Of a DNA stretch of 64,000 nt, positions 47,121-57,201 are shown piece after piece. Each line of letters starts with the position of its first letter. Position 1 is the first letter of the stretch. The notes under the pieces were generated by a model, which worked only from the letters and a program-made list of their open reading frames with translations, was not told the DNA's origin and ran no database searches. The position numbers were made by a program, and so were the translations under genes. This stretch comes from PVC group bacterium (GTDB taxonomy: Bacteria > Omnitrophota > Gorgyraeia > B26-G9), in assembly GCA_024231215.1 (NCBI GenBank), contig JAAEQR010000072.1:513210-577209 (forward strand), in the 5' to 3' direction.

Positions 47121-47987
47121 ATGGTAGAGTTATTACTGGGCAAAGATATTGCGAAGAGTATTAAAGCTGAAGTGGCGCAGTCGGCGCAGGAGTTAAAAGA
47201 TAAGTATCAGGTTACTCCTGCTCTTTGTGCAATTCAGGTTGGGGGTAATCAAGAATCTGAGCATTATATCGATTCACAGCGTAAACTAGCAGAGAAACTT
47301 TCTATTAATCATATGGTTAAAGAACTACCGGAAAATGTAACAGAAAAACAAATCATTCAGCTGATTAAGAATTTAAACGACGATTCAAATACCAATGGTA
47401 TTATTTTACAGATGCCTTTGCCCGGACATTTAGATGAGACCAGGATTAGAGGTTTTATTCGTTCGAACAAAGATGTTGAAGGGGTGCATCCAAAAAATCT
47501 GGGTAAAGTGATGCTTGGAACCTGGAAAATAGCGCCTTGTACTGCCTGCGCGGTAATGGAGCTTTTAAAGAGTACACAGGTAGATCTTTACGGCAAGGAA
47601 GTGGTGATTGTTGGACATAGTCAGATTGTAGGCAGGCCATTATCCGTGATGCTTATGCAGGAGATGTCGACAGTTACAGTATGTCATATCGCTACCTCAG
47701 AACGAGGGAATCTCAAAGTGCATATAAAAAACGCGGAAATATTAGTAGTCGCAGCTGGTAAGCCAAATCTGATCAAAGGCGAATGGGTTAAGCCGGGAGC
47801 TGTGGTTATTGACGTAGGATTTAATAAACTGGAAGATAAGATTGTAGGAGATGTTGAATTTGAAACAGCAAAAAATATAGCAGGGATTATAACTCCGGTA
47901 CCGGGTGGAGTCGGTCCTTTGACAGTGGCTATTTTAATGCGCAATTTGATTAATGCGGTAAAATTACAATTAAACGGGACAATATAA
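47121..47987 (+). CDS. folD: Bifunctional methylene-THF dehydrogenase / methenyl-THF cyclohydrolase
   Basis: FolD family throughout. The start at 47121 directly follows the upstream stop. Confidence 0.9.
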   Translation: MVELLLGKDIAKSIKAEVAQSAQELKDKYQVTPALCAIQVGGNQESEHYIDSQRKLAEKLSINHMVKELPENVTEKQIIQLIKNLNDDSNTNGIILQMPLPGHLDETRIRGFIRSNKDVEGVHPKNLGKVMLGTWKIAPCTACAVMELLKSTQVDLYGKEVVIVGHSQIVGRPLSVMLMQEMSTVTVCHIATSERGNLKVHIKNAEILVVAAGKPNLIKGEWVKPGAVVIDVGFNKLEDKIVGDVEFETAKNIAGIITPVPGGVGPLTVAILMRNLINAVKLQLNGTI

Positions 47988-47989
47988 TT

Positions 47990-49000
47990 ATGAAGAAAGT
48001 AGTTATTATTGGGAACTCTGCGGCTGGAATAAGTGCGGCAGAGGCGATTTGTGAAAAAGATAAAGATATAGGCGTAACTATTATCTCAGATGAGAATCAG
48101 CTGGGATATTATCGGTATCGTATTGGCGAGGTCTTAAGCGGGAAATCAAAAGAAATAGATATTCTTTTTAAATCAAAAGATTTTTATGATCGATTGAAAA
48201 TCCAGGTTCTGCAGGGTCAAAAAGTAGAGAGAGTTAGTCCGAAAAGGAATCAGGTTATTTTAGAAGATAAAACAAAGATTAGTTATGATGCGTTAATTGT
48301 TGCCAGTGGATTAAGGGCTAAGATGCCTAAAGAGATAAAAGGATTAAATAAAGACGGAGTGTTTGAATTCCGTTCCCTGGATGATTTGAAGAGTATTACC
48401 GCAATTACTCCTTTTGCACCTACTGTTTGTATTTATGCGCAGGGAGTTGCGGGGTTGCAGGTAGCATATGGTTTAAGTAAGCCGGAAATGGATGTAAAAC
48501 TGATCATTCCGACTAGTCGTCTTTTACCGGAAGCTATGGAGGAATCTGCGGCGCAGGAACTTGCAGATAGTCTTAAGGAGCGAGGGGTGGAAATTATTTG
48601 GGAAAGAAGTATTGTTGAGGTATTTGGTGAAGGAGAAGTGAAAGCTCTAAAACTTAATACCGGCAAAGTGATCGGTTGTGGTCTATTGATAATCGATGAT
48701 TTTTTAACTTCCCAGACAAGATTTTTACAGGATACAGATGTTAAGATTGTCCCGGCCATTGTTACCGACTGGTGTTTGAAAACAACTGTTCCGAATATAT
48801 TTGCAGCCGGAGATGTTGTGCAGATGCAGACTCCGGAGGGGTATCCAATACGTAGTTCTATTTCCTGGGATAATGCGGCGGCACAGGGCAAGCTTGCGGG
48901 AGAAAACACGGTTTTATATCTTCAGGGCAAAGAGGACCAGATGCTTAGGTGGCAGCCACCATCGGAATGTAAAAGTACTCCTATTTTAAGCCTCTCCTAA
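47990..49000 (+). CDS. FAD/NAD(P)-binding pyridine nucleotide-disulfide oxidoreductase-family protein (Nox/CoADR-like N-terminal fold, short form)
   Basis: Rossmann start VVIIGNSAAG and a second dinucleotide motif IYAQGVAG. At 336 aa it is shorter than typical family members. Confidence 0.55.
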   Translation: MKKVVIIGNSAAGISAAEAICEKDKDIGVTIISDENQLGYYRYRIGEVLSGKSKEIDILFKSKDFYDRLKIQVLQGQKVERVSPKRNQVILEDKTKISYDALIVASGLRAKMPKEIKGLNKDGVFEFRSLDDLKSITAITPFAPTVCIYAQGVAGLQVAYGLSKPEMDVKLIIPTSRLLPEAMEESAAQELADSLKERGVEIIWERSIVEVFGEGEVKALKLNTGKVIGCGLLIIDDFLTSQTRFLQDTDVKIVPAIVTDWCLKTTVPNIFAAGDVVQMQTPEGYPIRSSISWDNAAAQGKLAGENTVLYLQGKEDQMLRWQPPSECKSTPILSLS

Positions 49001-49064
49001 CCTATTCTAAACTTTTCTTTTCTATCGTCTCCAATTTTAATTTATGGTATAATGATTTTCAATT

Positions 49065-49679
49065 ATGAAGGTGAATATTTTTGAGCAGATTAATGTTACT
49101 GTGCCTCAAGAGCGTATTTATAGCAGGTTAGGATATGCCAAAGGCAAGACACAGGTTTCGAAAGAGCAGATAGAGCAGACAGAGCAGTATATAGACCAAG
49201 CTCTATCGGTGATTACTCTTAAAGGTGCTGCTGTTCGTATTGATATTACCGATTTTTCTGATGCTTTGGTGTCTTTAACTAATGGTAGTGTATTAGCAAG
49301 CCGGGATTTAGCAGAGTTTTTAAGTGGGTCTAAGGAGGTTTTATTCATGGGAGCAACATCCGGCTTAGAAATTATGCGATTGATTACTGAGAATGCCGAA
49401 GGTAAAGATGTGACGGCGGCGGTGGTGTTTGATGCTGTGGCCAGTGAAATGACTGATGCTGCTTTGGGCTGGATGATGAATTACTTTAATAATGAATTGC
49501 GCCGGGAGAATAAAGTTTTGACTAAGCGTCGATTTTCTGCCGGATACGGTGATTTTGGATTGGAAAATCAAAAGTTGATCTGTGATCTTTTGGAAATGGA
49601 AAAACTGGGAGTAAAGGTTTCGGAAACATCGATCCTTATCCCGGAAAAATCAGTGACAGCTGTAGCGGGGATTAAATAA
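49065..49679 (+). CDS. Standalone B12-dependent methionine synthase activation (AdoMet-binding) domain protein
   Basis: Length and sequence resemble the MetH C-terminal reactivation domain. It sits directly upstream of a MetH that lacks this domain. Confidence 0.7.
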   Translation: MKVNIFEQINVTVPQERIYSRLGYAKGKTQVSKEQIEQTEQYIDQALSVITLKGAAVRIDITDFSDALVSLTNGSVLASRDLAEFLSGSKEVLFMGATSGLEIMRLITENAEGKDVTAAVVFDAVASEMTDAALGWMMNYFNNELRRENKVLTKRRFSAGYGDFGLENQKLICDLLEMEKLGVKVSETSILIPEKSVTAVAGIK

Positions 49680-49681
49680 AA

Positions 49682-52081
49682 ATGAAAAAAATTCAGACAT
49701 TGTTAAATAAGAAGATTATTGTGCTTGATGGTGCTACCGGTACGGAATTTCAAAGGCGTGGGATGCCGCAGGGCGTGTGTCCTGAAAATTGGTGTGTGCA
49801 AAACCCGAAAATTACTCAGGCAGTGCATGAGGATTACGTTGCTGCGGGGGCTGATATTATCTATACTTGTACGTTCGGAGGTACTCGGCCGAAATTAGAA
49901 CAGCATGGGATAACTTCGGTTCGAAAGATCAATAAACAGTTGGCTGTTTTAGCCCGTAGAGCTGCCGGTGATAAGGTTTTGGTAGCTGGGGATATCGGGT
50001 CGACAGGTAGATTTGTTGAGCCTTTTGGTCCTTTAAAATTTAATGAAGCAGTTGAAATTTTTAAAGAACAGGTTAAGGGGCTTCTTGCCGGTGGTGTGGA
50101 TATTTTTGTTATTGAGACGATGATGGATATTCAGGAAGCGCGAGCCGCACTAATCGCTGTAAAAGAGCTCACCGATGCCTTTACTATAGTTAGTATGACT
50201 TATGAAAAAGATGGTAGGACCCTTAACGGAACAGATCCGATAACTGCGTTAATTACGTTGCAAAGTCTGGGTGCTGATGCTGTGGGATGTAATTGTTCTA
50301 CCGGCCCGCAACAGATGTTGGCTTTTATAAAAGCAATGAAGCCTTATGCAATAGTTCCTTTGGTTGCTAAGCCAAATGCCGGTATGCCAAAGCTATGTAA
50401 AGCTAAGACAATATTTGAGATGTCTGCACGTGAATTTGGCTGCTTTGGGAAAAAGTTTGCCATAGCCGGAATTAATATGATCGGAGGTTGCTGTGGTACA
50501 ACACCTGAGCATATCCGATTATTGAAAGAAAACATTACAGGTGTTCTTCCTCGTAAGCCAAAACGTATATCGATTAGTGCTTTAAGTTCAGCTCGAAAAC
50601 ATATTATTTTGGAAAAGAGAAAAACAGTAGCATATGTGGGGGAAAGGATAAATCCCACCGGGAAGAAGGACTTGCAGGCAGAGCTTCGGGAAGGAAAATT
50701 TTCTATTGTGCGCAAGTTTGCCAGAGAACAGCAGGCACAAGGAGCTCATCTTTTAGATGTTAATGCCGGAGCTCCGGGGGTTGATGAACGGAAGACATTA
50801 AAAGATATAATCGGTCTTTTAGCTGTCAATACTGAGCTTCCTTTGGTTATCGATTCTTCAAAAATTGAGGCGGTAGAAAAAGCACTGCGTTTATATCCGG
50901 GCCGGACTTTGATCAATTCCATATCCGGGGAAAAGACTAAGTATGAAAAATTGCTGGCACTAGCTGCTAAATACGGAGCTATGTTTGTGCTTCTGCCTTT
51001 GACTGAAAAGGAAGTTCCGCAGACGTTTGAAAAACGTAAAAAAATCATTGAATTTATTTTACGCAAAGCAAAATCATATGGATTTAGTAAGGATGATATT
51101 GTTATCGATGGTTTAGTTATGAGCATATCTTCACAGCCGAAGGCTGCACTGGAGACAATTAAGACCGTGAAATGGTCTAGCCGTAGTTTGAAATTGAACA
51201 CGGTTGTTGGGCTTTCTAATGTTTCATTTGGTTTGCCGGGAAGAGGATTGATTAATTCAACCTATCTATCTATTTTGCGTAGAAACGGATTGTCTATGGT
51301 GATTATCAATCCTTGCGTTGAAAGGTTAGCTTATAATAAAAAGGCAGAGGATGTATTGCTGGATAAAGATAAGGATGCTAAGAAATACATTGCTTATTAT
51401 CAGCGGTTCTGTGGTAATAAAACTTTGATTTCCAAAAAGAAAGCACTAGTTTCTTCTCCGGAAGAAAAAGTCCTACAGTCAGTTATGGACGGAAACCGGC
51501 AGGAGATGAAAAATCATGTTAAAGATGCGTTAGCTAAAGGAGTAAAGGCTGATTATTTAATTAATAAGGTAATGATTCCGGCGATTAATAAGGTCGGGGA
51601 TCTATTTGATAAGAAAGAATATTTTCTGCCTCAGCTTATTGCTAGTGCCGAAGCAGTAAAAATCGCGTTTGATTATCTAGAGCCAAAGCTAAAGAAATCA
51701 CAGGCAAATATAGCTAAAAAAACAATTATTATCTTAGCTACGGTAGCCGGAGATATTCACGATATCGGTAAAAATATTGTGGCTTTGATGCTGAAAAATC
51801 ATGGGTTTAATGTTGTTGATCTGGGTAAAGATGTTTCTACGCAGAAGATTATTCGGGAAATAAAAAAATACAAGTTTCCGATTGTTGGTCTTTCCGCACT
51901 AATGACGACAACTATGGTAAATATGAAAGAAGTTGTGGAGACTGCTAAAGCTGAGGGGCTTAAATGTCGTTTTTTAGTCGGAGGTGCTGTGGTTACCAAA
52001 TCTTATGCTAAATCAATCGGAGCTGAATATGCGGCGGATAGTGTCGAAGCAGTAAGAACTGCAAAGAGGTTAAAACGATGA
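49682..52081 (+). CDS. metH: Methionine synthase core: homocysteine-binding, pterin-binding and B12-binding modules, with no activation domain
   Basis: Hcy S-methyltransferase N-terminus, a pterin-binding barrel, and a B12-binding DxHxxG-type motif (DIHDIGKNIV). Confidence 0.9.
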   Translation: MKKIQTLLNKKIIVLDGATGTEFQRRGMPQGVCPENWCVQNPKITQAVHEDYVAAGADIIYTCTFGGTRPKLEQHGITSVRKINKQLAVLARRAAGDKVLVAGDIGSTGRFVEPFGPLKFNEAVEIFKEQVKGLLAGGVDIFVIETMMDIQEARAALIAVKELTDAFTIVSMTYEKDGRTLNGTDPITALITLQSLGADAVGCNCSTGPQQMLAFIKAMKPYAIVPLVAKPNAGMPKLCKAKTIFEMSAREFGCFGKKFAIAGINMIGGCCGTTPEHIRLLKENITGVLPRKPKRISISALSSARKHIILEKRKTVAYVGERINPTGKKDLQAELREGKFSIVRKFAREQQAQGAHLLDVNAGAPGVDERKTLKDIIGLLAVNTELPLVIDSSKIEAVEKALRLYPGRTLINSISGEKTKYEKLLALAAKYGAMFVLLPLTEKEVPQTFEKRKKIIEFILRKAKSYGFSKDDIVIDGLVMSISSQPKAALETIKTVKWSSRSLKLNTVVGLSNVSFGLPGRGLINSTYLSILRRNGLSMVIINPCVERLAYNKKAEDVLLDKDKDAKKYIAYYQRFCGNKTLISKKKALVSSPEEKVLQSVMDGNRQEMKNHVKDALAKGVKADYLINKVMIPAINKVGDLFDKKEYFLPQLIASAEAVKIAFDYLEPKLKKSQANIAKKTIIILATVAGDIHDIGKNIVALMLKNHGFNVVDLGKDVSTQKIIREIKKYKFPIVGLSALMTTTMVNMKEVVETAKAEGLKCRFLVGGAVVTKSYAKSIGAEYAADSVEAVRTAKRLKR

Positions 52082-52371
52082 ATGTATTGGATAAGATTGT
52101 AATAGATGAGGTAAATATTAATACGTTTTCAATAGAGTTACCTTATGCGAAGCTTATTTTAGCAGCTGCTCCGAAAGGGTTTGTTATGTGCGGCTACCTG
52201 GATATTTCGGTTGCGGAAAAACTTAATGATGTGGCTTGTGTGGTAAGCGGAGTAGCGTCTGTGGAAGAACTTCTGGCTAAGCCGATAGTAAAGCTAACCC
52301 CCAGAGCGGAGCAAATGGGTATTTCGCTGGGGATCAGCGGCCGGGAAGCTTTAGAAATTATGGTTAAATGA
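52078..52371 (+). CDS. Small hypothetical protein (97 aa), possibly DUF1805-like
   Basis: Conserved-looking hydrophobic core. It is translationally coupled to metH (ATGA overlap). Confidence 0.4.
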   Translation: MNVLDKIVIDEVNINTFSIELPYAKLILAAAPKGFVMCGYLDISVAEKLNDVACVVSGVASVEELLAKPIVKLTPRAEQMGISLGISGREALEIMVK

Positions 52372-52390
52372 TTGATAGTACAGAGGATAT

Positions 52391-53263
52391 TTGCTATACT
52401 ATGAATCTGAGGTGGATTATATGCAAAAAAATAAAATGACGATTCCGGATTTAGTGCAAATGAAATCTAAGGCAGAGAAAATAACGATTTTGACAGCCTA
52501 TGATTTTCCTATGGCTAGTATTATTGATCAGGCGGGTATAGATGCGATATTAGTCGGAGATTCTTTAGGTAACGTTGTTTTAGGCTATGAGTCTACAGTT
52601 CCGGTTACAATGGAAGAAATGCTGCATCATATCAAAGCAGTTAAAAGAGGGACAAAACGGGCTGTTTTAATCGGGGATATGCCGTTTATGTCGTTTAATA
52701 TTAGTATAGAAGAATCAATTTTTAATGCTGGAAGATTTATTAAAGAAGGCGGGGCTGATGCGGTAAAGGTAGAAGGGGGTAATGGAAAAACAATAGCTAC
52801 CGTTAAAGCGATTGTTGAAGCTGGTATCCCGGTAATGGGGCATTTGGGATTAACGCCGCAGACAGCTTGTATTCTGGGTGGATATAAAGTACAGGGCAAG
52901 AATGCAGAAAAAGCAAAAGAAATTCTGCAACAGGCACAGGCATTAGAGTCTGCAGGATGTTTTAGTATTGTCTTAGAATGTGTGCCGGATAAACTCTCTG
53001 AGGTGGTTACGCAAAAACTGAAAGTACCAACGATTAGCTGTGGGGCTGGATCTGCTTGCGATGGCCAGGTGCTGGTTATTCATGATATGCTGGGAATGTA
53101 TGAACACTTTGTGCCGAAATTTGTGAAACAATACGCAAATCTGACAAAAGAGATCAGTCGGGCAACTCAGGATTATATCCAGGAAGTACGTCAAGGTAAG
53201 TATCCGGGGCAGGAACATATTTTTAACATGGATCAGGAAGAAGTGGAAAAATTGGGGTGTTAA
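52391..53263 (+). CDS. panB: 3-methyl-2-oxobutanoate hydroxymethyltransferase
   Basis: PanB motifs (ILTAYDFPMA...GDSLGNV). The true start may be MQKNKM at about 52430. Confidence 0.9.
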   Translation: MLYYESEVDYMQKNKMTIPDLVQMKSKAEKITILTAYDFPMASIIDQAGIDAILVGDSLGNVVLGYESTVPVTMEEMLHHIKAVKRGTKRAVLIGDMPFMSFNISIEESIFNAGRFIKEGGADAVKVEGGNGKTIATVKAIVEAGIPVMGHLGLTPQTACILGGYKVQGKNAEKAKEILQQAQALESAGCFSIVLECVPDKLSEVVTQKLKVPTISCGAGSACDGQVLVIHDMLGMYEHFVPKFVKQYANLTKEISRATQDYIQEVRQGKYPGQEHIFNMDQEEVEKLGC

Positions 53264-53286
53264 GATAAACGAAAGGAGGAGGGTGT

Positions 53287-53961
53287 ATGGATACATTGTT
53301 TTTTGACCCGGCAAGGGAGATGCTGGAAAAGATTGTCGGCTTTGTCTCCTTGGGAATTGTAGCATTACTGGTAGTTATTATTGGTTGGGTGATATCTAAA
53401 GGGGTTCGTAGTTTAGTCTCTCGTCTTTTAAAGGCAATAAAGCTGGATAAACTTTCTGAAAGAGCGGGGATTGCCAAATTTTTGTCCAAAGGTGAAATCA
53501 AATATAATCTATCTGACTTAATCGCATTGATTATCTACTGGCTGCTGATGCTGATTGTGCTTATGGTTACGGCTAATGTATTAGGATTAACTACAGTGGC
53601 TGAATTGATGGACAAAATTGTAATCTATATACCGAATGTTATTGCCGCATTGATCATTTTAGTTATCGGTGCGTTATTTGCTGTGTTTTTAAGAAAGGTA
53701 GTTGAGACCACAGCGAAAAATGCCGGGCTTACTCATGCTAAAGGGATGGGAATGCTTACGCATACAATAATCGTTGTATTTGCGGTGATTATTGCTTTAG
53801 AGCAGTTGAAAATTGGGATTACAGTGCTTTCCCAGTTTATTACGATAATTTTAGGGTCAATTGGCTTAGCTTTAGCCTTGGCTTTTGGTCTTGGGTGCAG
53901 AGATATTGCGGGTAAGACTATGCATGATTTTCTGGAAAAGACAAGATTTAAGCATAAATAA
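53287..53961 (+). CDS. Polytopic membrane protein with repeated 'conserved TM helix' segments (MscS-N-terminal-like)
   Basis: Four to six hydrophobic helices with a repeated pattern. Confidence 0.45.
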   Translation: MDTLFFDPAREMLEKIVGFVSLGIVALLVVIIGWVISKGVRSLVSRLLKAIKLDKLSERAGIAKFLSKGEIKYNLSDLIALIIYWLLMLIVLMVTANVLGLTTVAELMDKIVIYIPNVIAALIILVIGALFAVFLRKVVETTAKNAGLTHAKGMGMLTHTIIVVFAVIIALEQLKIGITVLSQFITIILGSIGLALALAFGLGCRDIAGKTMHDFLEKTRFKHK

Positions 53962-54066
53962 CAGGATTATTGCTCAGTACTCAGGATACAGCGTACAGAA
54001 AGAGAAAGTTATTTCTGTGTACTGTATCCTGTTTAATGTTACCTATTGAATATTAAGAGGTGATCC

Positions 54067-54999
54067 ATGAAGATCATAGTTGTTGGTCCAGGAGCAATCG
54101 GGTGTTTGTATTCGGCTTTTTTAGCTAGAAAAAAACAGGCAGAGGTTTGGCTTTTGGATAAAAATACTCGCCGGGCGAAAAGGATTAATGAATCGGGAAT
54201 AAAGGTTACTGGTATTAGTGGTGACTTTAAGGTAAAAGTAAATACTACCGCATCGGTTAATGATATTAAGTCATGTGATTTGGCTATAATCTGTGTTAAA
54301 TCCTATGATACTGAAATTGCGGTTAAAAGGATTAAATCATTAATCGGGAAAGATAGTAATGTTTTAACTTTGCAAAACGGTTTGGGTAATTTTGAAACTA
54401 TCGGAGAAATAGTTGGTCGGGATAAAGTTTTTGGTGGTGTTACTTCGCAGGCAGCGACTCTTTTGGCAGAGGGTCAGGTTCATCATGCGGGAACAGGAGA
54501 GACAAACATCGGTCGGGTAGATAAAAAACTTACCGTAGCTATGCGGCATATACGGGAAGTTTTCAACCATTCGGGAATAGCGACAAAACTTTCCAAAGAT
54601 ATAAATAGTTTAATTTGGAGTAAATTAATTATTAATACCGGGATTAATGCCCAGACAGCTCTTACTCGCTTATCCAACGGAAAACTTATAGAATTTTCCG
54701 GGACCAGAGAGATACTGACGATGGCGGTATCTGAGGCTGTGCGTGTGGCTAAGAAGAAGAGAATAAAGCTTATTTATGATGATCCGATTCAAAAAGTTGA
54801 ATCGGTGTGTCGTTCAACTTCGGAAAATATTTCTTCTATGTTGCAGGATGTATTAAAAAAAAGGCAAACAGAAATAGATTATATAAATGGAGCGATTGTG
54901 CGTCAGGCTCAAAGCTATGGTCTTCCTGCTCCGGCTAATTTTATGCTGACGTATTTAATTAAGACGATAGAGGCTTCATATGATAAACAGGTTAAATAA
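54067..54999 (+). CDS. panE: 2-dehydropantoate 2-reductase
   Basis: N-terminus MKIIVVGPGAIG and the ApbA/PanE fold. It lies in pantothenate-gene context with panB. Confidence 0.85.
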   Translation: MKIIVVGPGAIGCLYSAFLARKKQAEVWLLDKNTRRAKRINESGIKVTGISGDFKVKVNTTASVNDIKSCDLAIICVKSYDTEIAVKRIKSLIGKDSNVLTLQNGLGNFETIGEIVGRDKVFGGVTSQAATLLAEGQVHHAGTGETNIGRVDKKLTVAMRHIREVFNHSGIATKLSKDINSLIWSKLIINTGINAQTALTRLSNGKLIEFSGTREILTMAVSEAVRVAKKKRIKLIYDDPIQKVESVCRSTSENISSMLQDVLKKRQTEIDYINGAIVRQAQSYGLPAPANFMLTYLIKTIEASYDKQVK

Positions 55000-55026
55000 A
55001 CAGTTTACAGGTGGAGAAATATAAAA

Positions 55027-56118
55027 ATGAGTAAAAGGGTATTTATAGCGGCAACACATCAGAATGATGGAAAGACGACAGTAAGTCTTGGACTGATTTA
55101 TTGCTTGAAAAAGATGTTTGGAGATGTTGGTTTTATTAAACCGGTAGGACAGCGGTATCTAATTGAGCAAGGGTATAAGGCAGATGAGGATTCTATTCTT
55201 ATTGAGCATGTTTGCAAGATGAAGACGCCTATAAAAGATATGAGCCCGATTGCCGTGGAACGCGGCTTTACGGAAAATTATATTAAAAAACCTGAGAAGG
55301 CAAAGCTGGTAAAACAGATAAAAGAATCTTATCAGAAGATCGCTAAAGATAATGACTTGGTGGTTATTGAAGGGACTGGGCATGCCGGCGTTGGCGGTGT
55401 ATTTGATCTGTCGAATGCCGCAGTAGCAAAGTTGTTAAAAGCAAAAGTTATCTTGATCTCTTCCGGAGGTATTGGACGTCCCATAGATGAAATTTTACTG
55501 AACAAAGCTCTTTTTGATAAAGAAGGGGTAGAGATAATGGGTGTAGTTATTAATAAAGTTTTGCCCCAAAAATATAAAAAGATTGATTCTCTTGTGCGCA
55601 AGGGATTAGCCAGAAAGGGATTAAAGGTATTAGGTATGATCCCGTATGATCCGGTGCTTAGTAAGCCGACGATTGGGCAGATAAAAGCAGAATTAAAAGC
55701 TCAGGTTTTATATGGAGCTACATATTCGGATAATGTGGTGGAAAAAATTGTTATTGGAGCCATGGAACCGCATGATGCATTAGACTATATTGATGATAAG
55801 AGCCTGGTTATTACTCCTGGAGATAGGGAAGATATTATTTTAACTGCGTTGAGTATGCATTTGATTTACGGAGATAACGGTCCTTCGGTGTCCGGATTGA
55901 TCTTGACCGGAGGAATTAGTCCTCATCCTTCGGTTTTGAACCTTGTTAAATGTGCTGATATTCCGGTGCTTTTGGTAAAGGAAGATACATATAATATTGC
56001 CTCGCGTGTACATGATTTAACAGTTAAGATTCGTCCTAAAGATAAAACCAAAACAAATCTGGTTATTGATATGGTAAATAAATATGTAAATATTGATGAA
56101 ATAGTGAAAGCGTTATAA
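55027..56118 (+). CDS. Phosphotransacetylase N-terminal-like protein (BioD-like P-loop plus DRTGG domain)
   Basis: The N-terminus MSKRVFIAATHQNDGKTTVSLGL resembles the Pta N-terminal regulatory domain. No Pta catalytic domain is present. Confidence 0.55.
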   Translation: MSKRVFIAATHQNDGKTTVSLGLIYCLKKMFGDVGFIKPVGQRYLIEQGYKADEDSILIEHVCKMKTPIKDMSPIAVERGFTENYIKKPEKAKLVKQIKESYQKIAKDNDLVVIEGTGHAGVGGVFDLSNAAVAKLLKAKVILISSGGIGRPIDEILLNKALFDKEGVEIMGVVINKVLPQKYKKIDSLVRKGLARKGLKVLGMIPYDPVLSKPTIGQIKAELKAQVLYGATYSDNVVEKIVIGAMEPHDALDYIDDKSLVITPGDREDIILTALSMHLIYGDNGPSVSGLILTGGISPHPSVLNLVKCADIPVLLVKEDTYNIASRVHDLTVKIRPKDKTKTNLVIDMVNKYVNIDEIVKAL

Positions 56119-56133
56119 ACGATAAATGAAAGA

Positions 56134-57201
56134 ATGAAAAATATATTAGTTATAAATCCATTTGGAATAGGCGATGTTTTATTTACTACGCCTGTGCTTC
56201 GGGCTTTAAAAAAAGAATATCCAAAGAGTTTTGTTGGATACTTGTGTAACCGTCAGGTTGCCGCGTTGTTGCAGGATAATCCAGATGTTGATGAGCTTTT
56301 ATTTTTTAGTCGGGGAGATTTTAAAAAGGCAAAAAAAGAGTCATTTATTAAGGGAGTAAGTTTTCTTTTTCGTGCGTTTTGTCGGCTTCGGAGTTTGAAA
56401 TTTGATATTGTGGTAGATTTGTCTCTAGTGAGCCAGTACAGTGTATTGATGTGGTTTTTAGGTGTTAAAGAGAGATGGGGATTTGATTATCGTAATAGAG
56501 GTCGGTTTCTAACTCATAAGGTCAAAATCAACGGTTTTCAGGATAAACATGTTACGGAATATTACCGTGATTTACTTTTGCGGATGAACATAAAAGATTT
56601 TGAATCTAATCTTAAAGTTAATGTTAATCGCCGGGAGGAAGAGTGGGCGGATGAGTTTTTGAAACTAAAAGGAGTTCATCCTGATGTTTTGCTTATCGGG
56701 ATTTCTCCTTTTGGCGGAAAAAGCTGGGGACCGGACGCGGCTAGTAAACAATGGCCCCAAGAGCGGTTTGCCCGGGTAGCGAAACAGCTTATTGAAAAAC
56801 ATAAAGCAGTAGTTGTTTTTCTGGGCGTAAAAGATGAAAAAAAATCAATTGAAAATATTTGTCGGATTATTGATTCTCAATCGGTGATTAATGCCGCAGG
56901 AGAAACTGATTTAACCCAGTTGTCTGCGTTGATTAGTTGTCTGGATGTGTTTATTGGTAATGACAGCGGGACTTTACATATTGCAGCGGCTTTAGGCGTA
57001 AAGACAGTAGCTCTTTTCGGGGCTGTGGATGAACGTGTATATGGCCCGGTAACTTCCAAAAAGAATCAGGTGGTTGTAAGTTCTCAATCGCAATGCCGGC
57101 CTTGCTATAAAGATTTTAAAAAACCTGTGTGTCGCACAATGGAATGTCTATTGAATATAACAGAAAAAAATGTATTAGATGCTGTGGAGAAGATATTATG
57201 A
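56134..57201 (+). CDS. Glycosyltransferase family 9 (LPS heptosyltransferase type)
   Basis: N-terminus ILVINPFGIGDVLFTTP and a C-terminal GNDSG motif. Confidence 0.8.
   Translation: MKNILVINPFGIGDVLFTTPVLRALKKEYPKSFVGYLCNRQVAALLQDNPDVDELLFFSRGDFKKAKKESFIKGVSFLFRAFCRLRSLKFDIVVDLSLVSQYSVLMWFLGVKERWGFDYRNRGRFLTHKVKINGFQDKHVTEYYRDLLLRMNIKDFESNLKVNVNRREEEWADEFLKLKGVHPDVLLIGISPFGGKSWGPDAASKQWPQERFARVAKQLIEKHKAVVVFLGVKDEKKSIENICRIIDSQSVINAAGETDLTQLSALISCLDVFIGNDSGTLHIAAALGVKTVALFGAVDERVYGPVTSKKNQVVVSSQSQCRPCYKDFKKPVCRTMECLLNITEKNVLDAVEKIL

Noticed and set aside
47990-49000. An inactive flavoprotein with a degenerate dinucleotide motif (GNSAAG)
   Set aside because: GxxxAG-type first motifs are normal in the Nox/CoADR subfamily, so the motif alone does not indicate loss of FAD binding.
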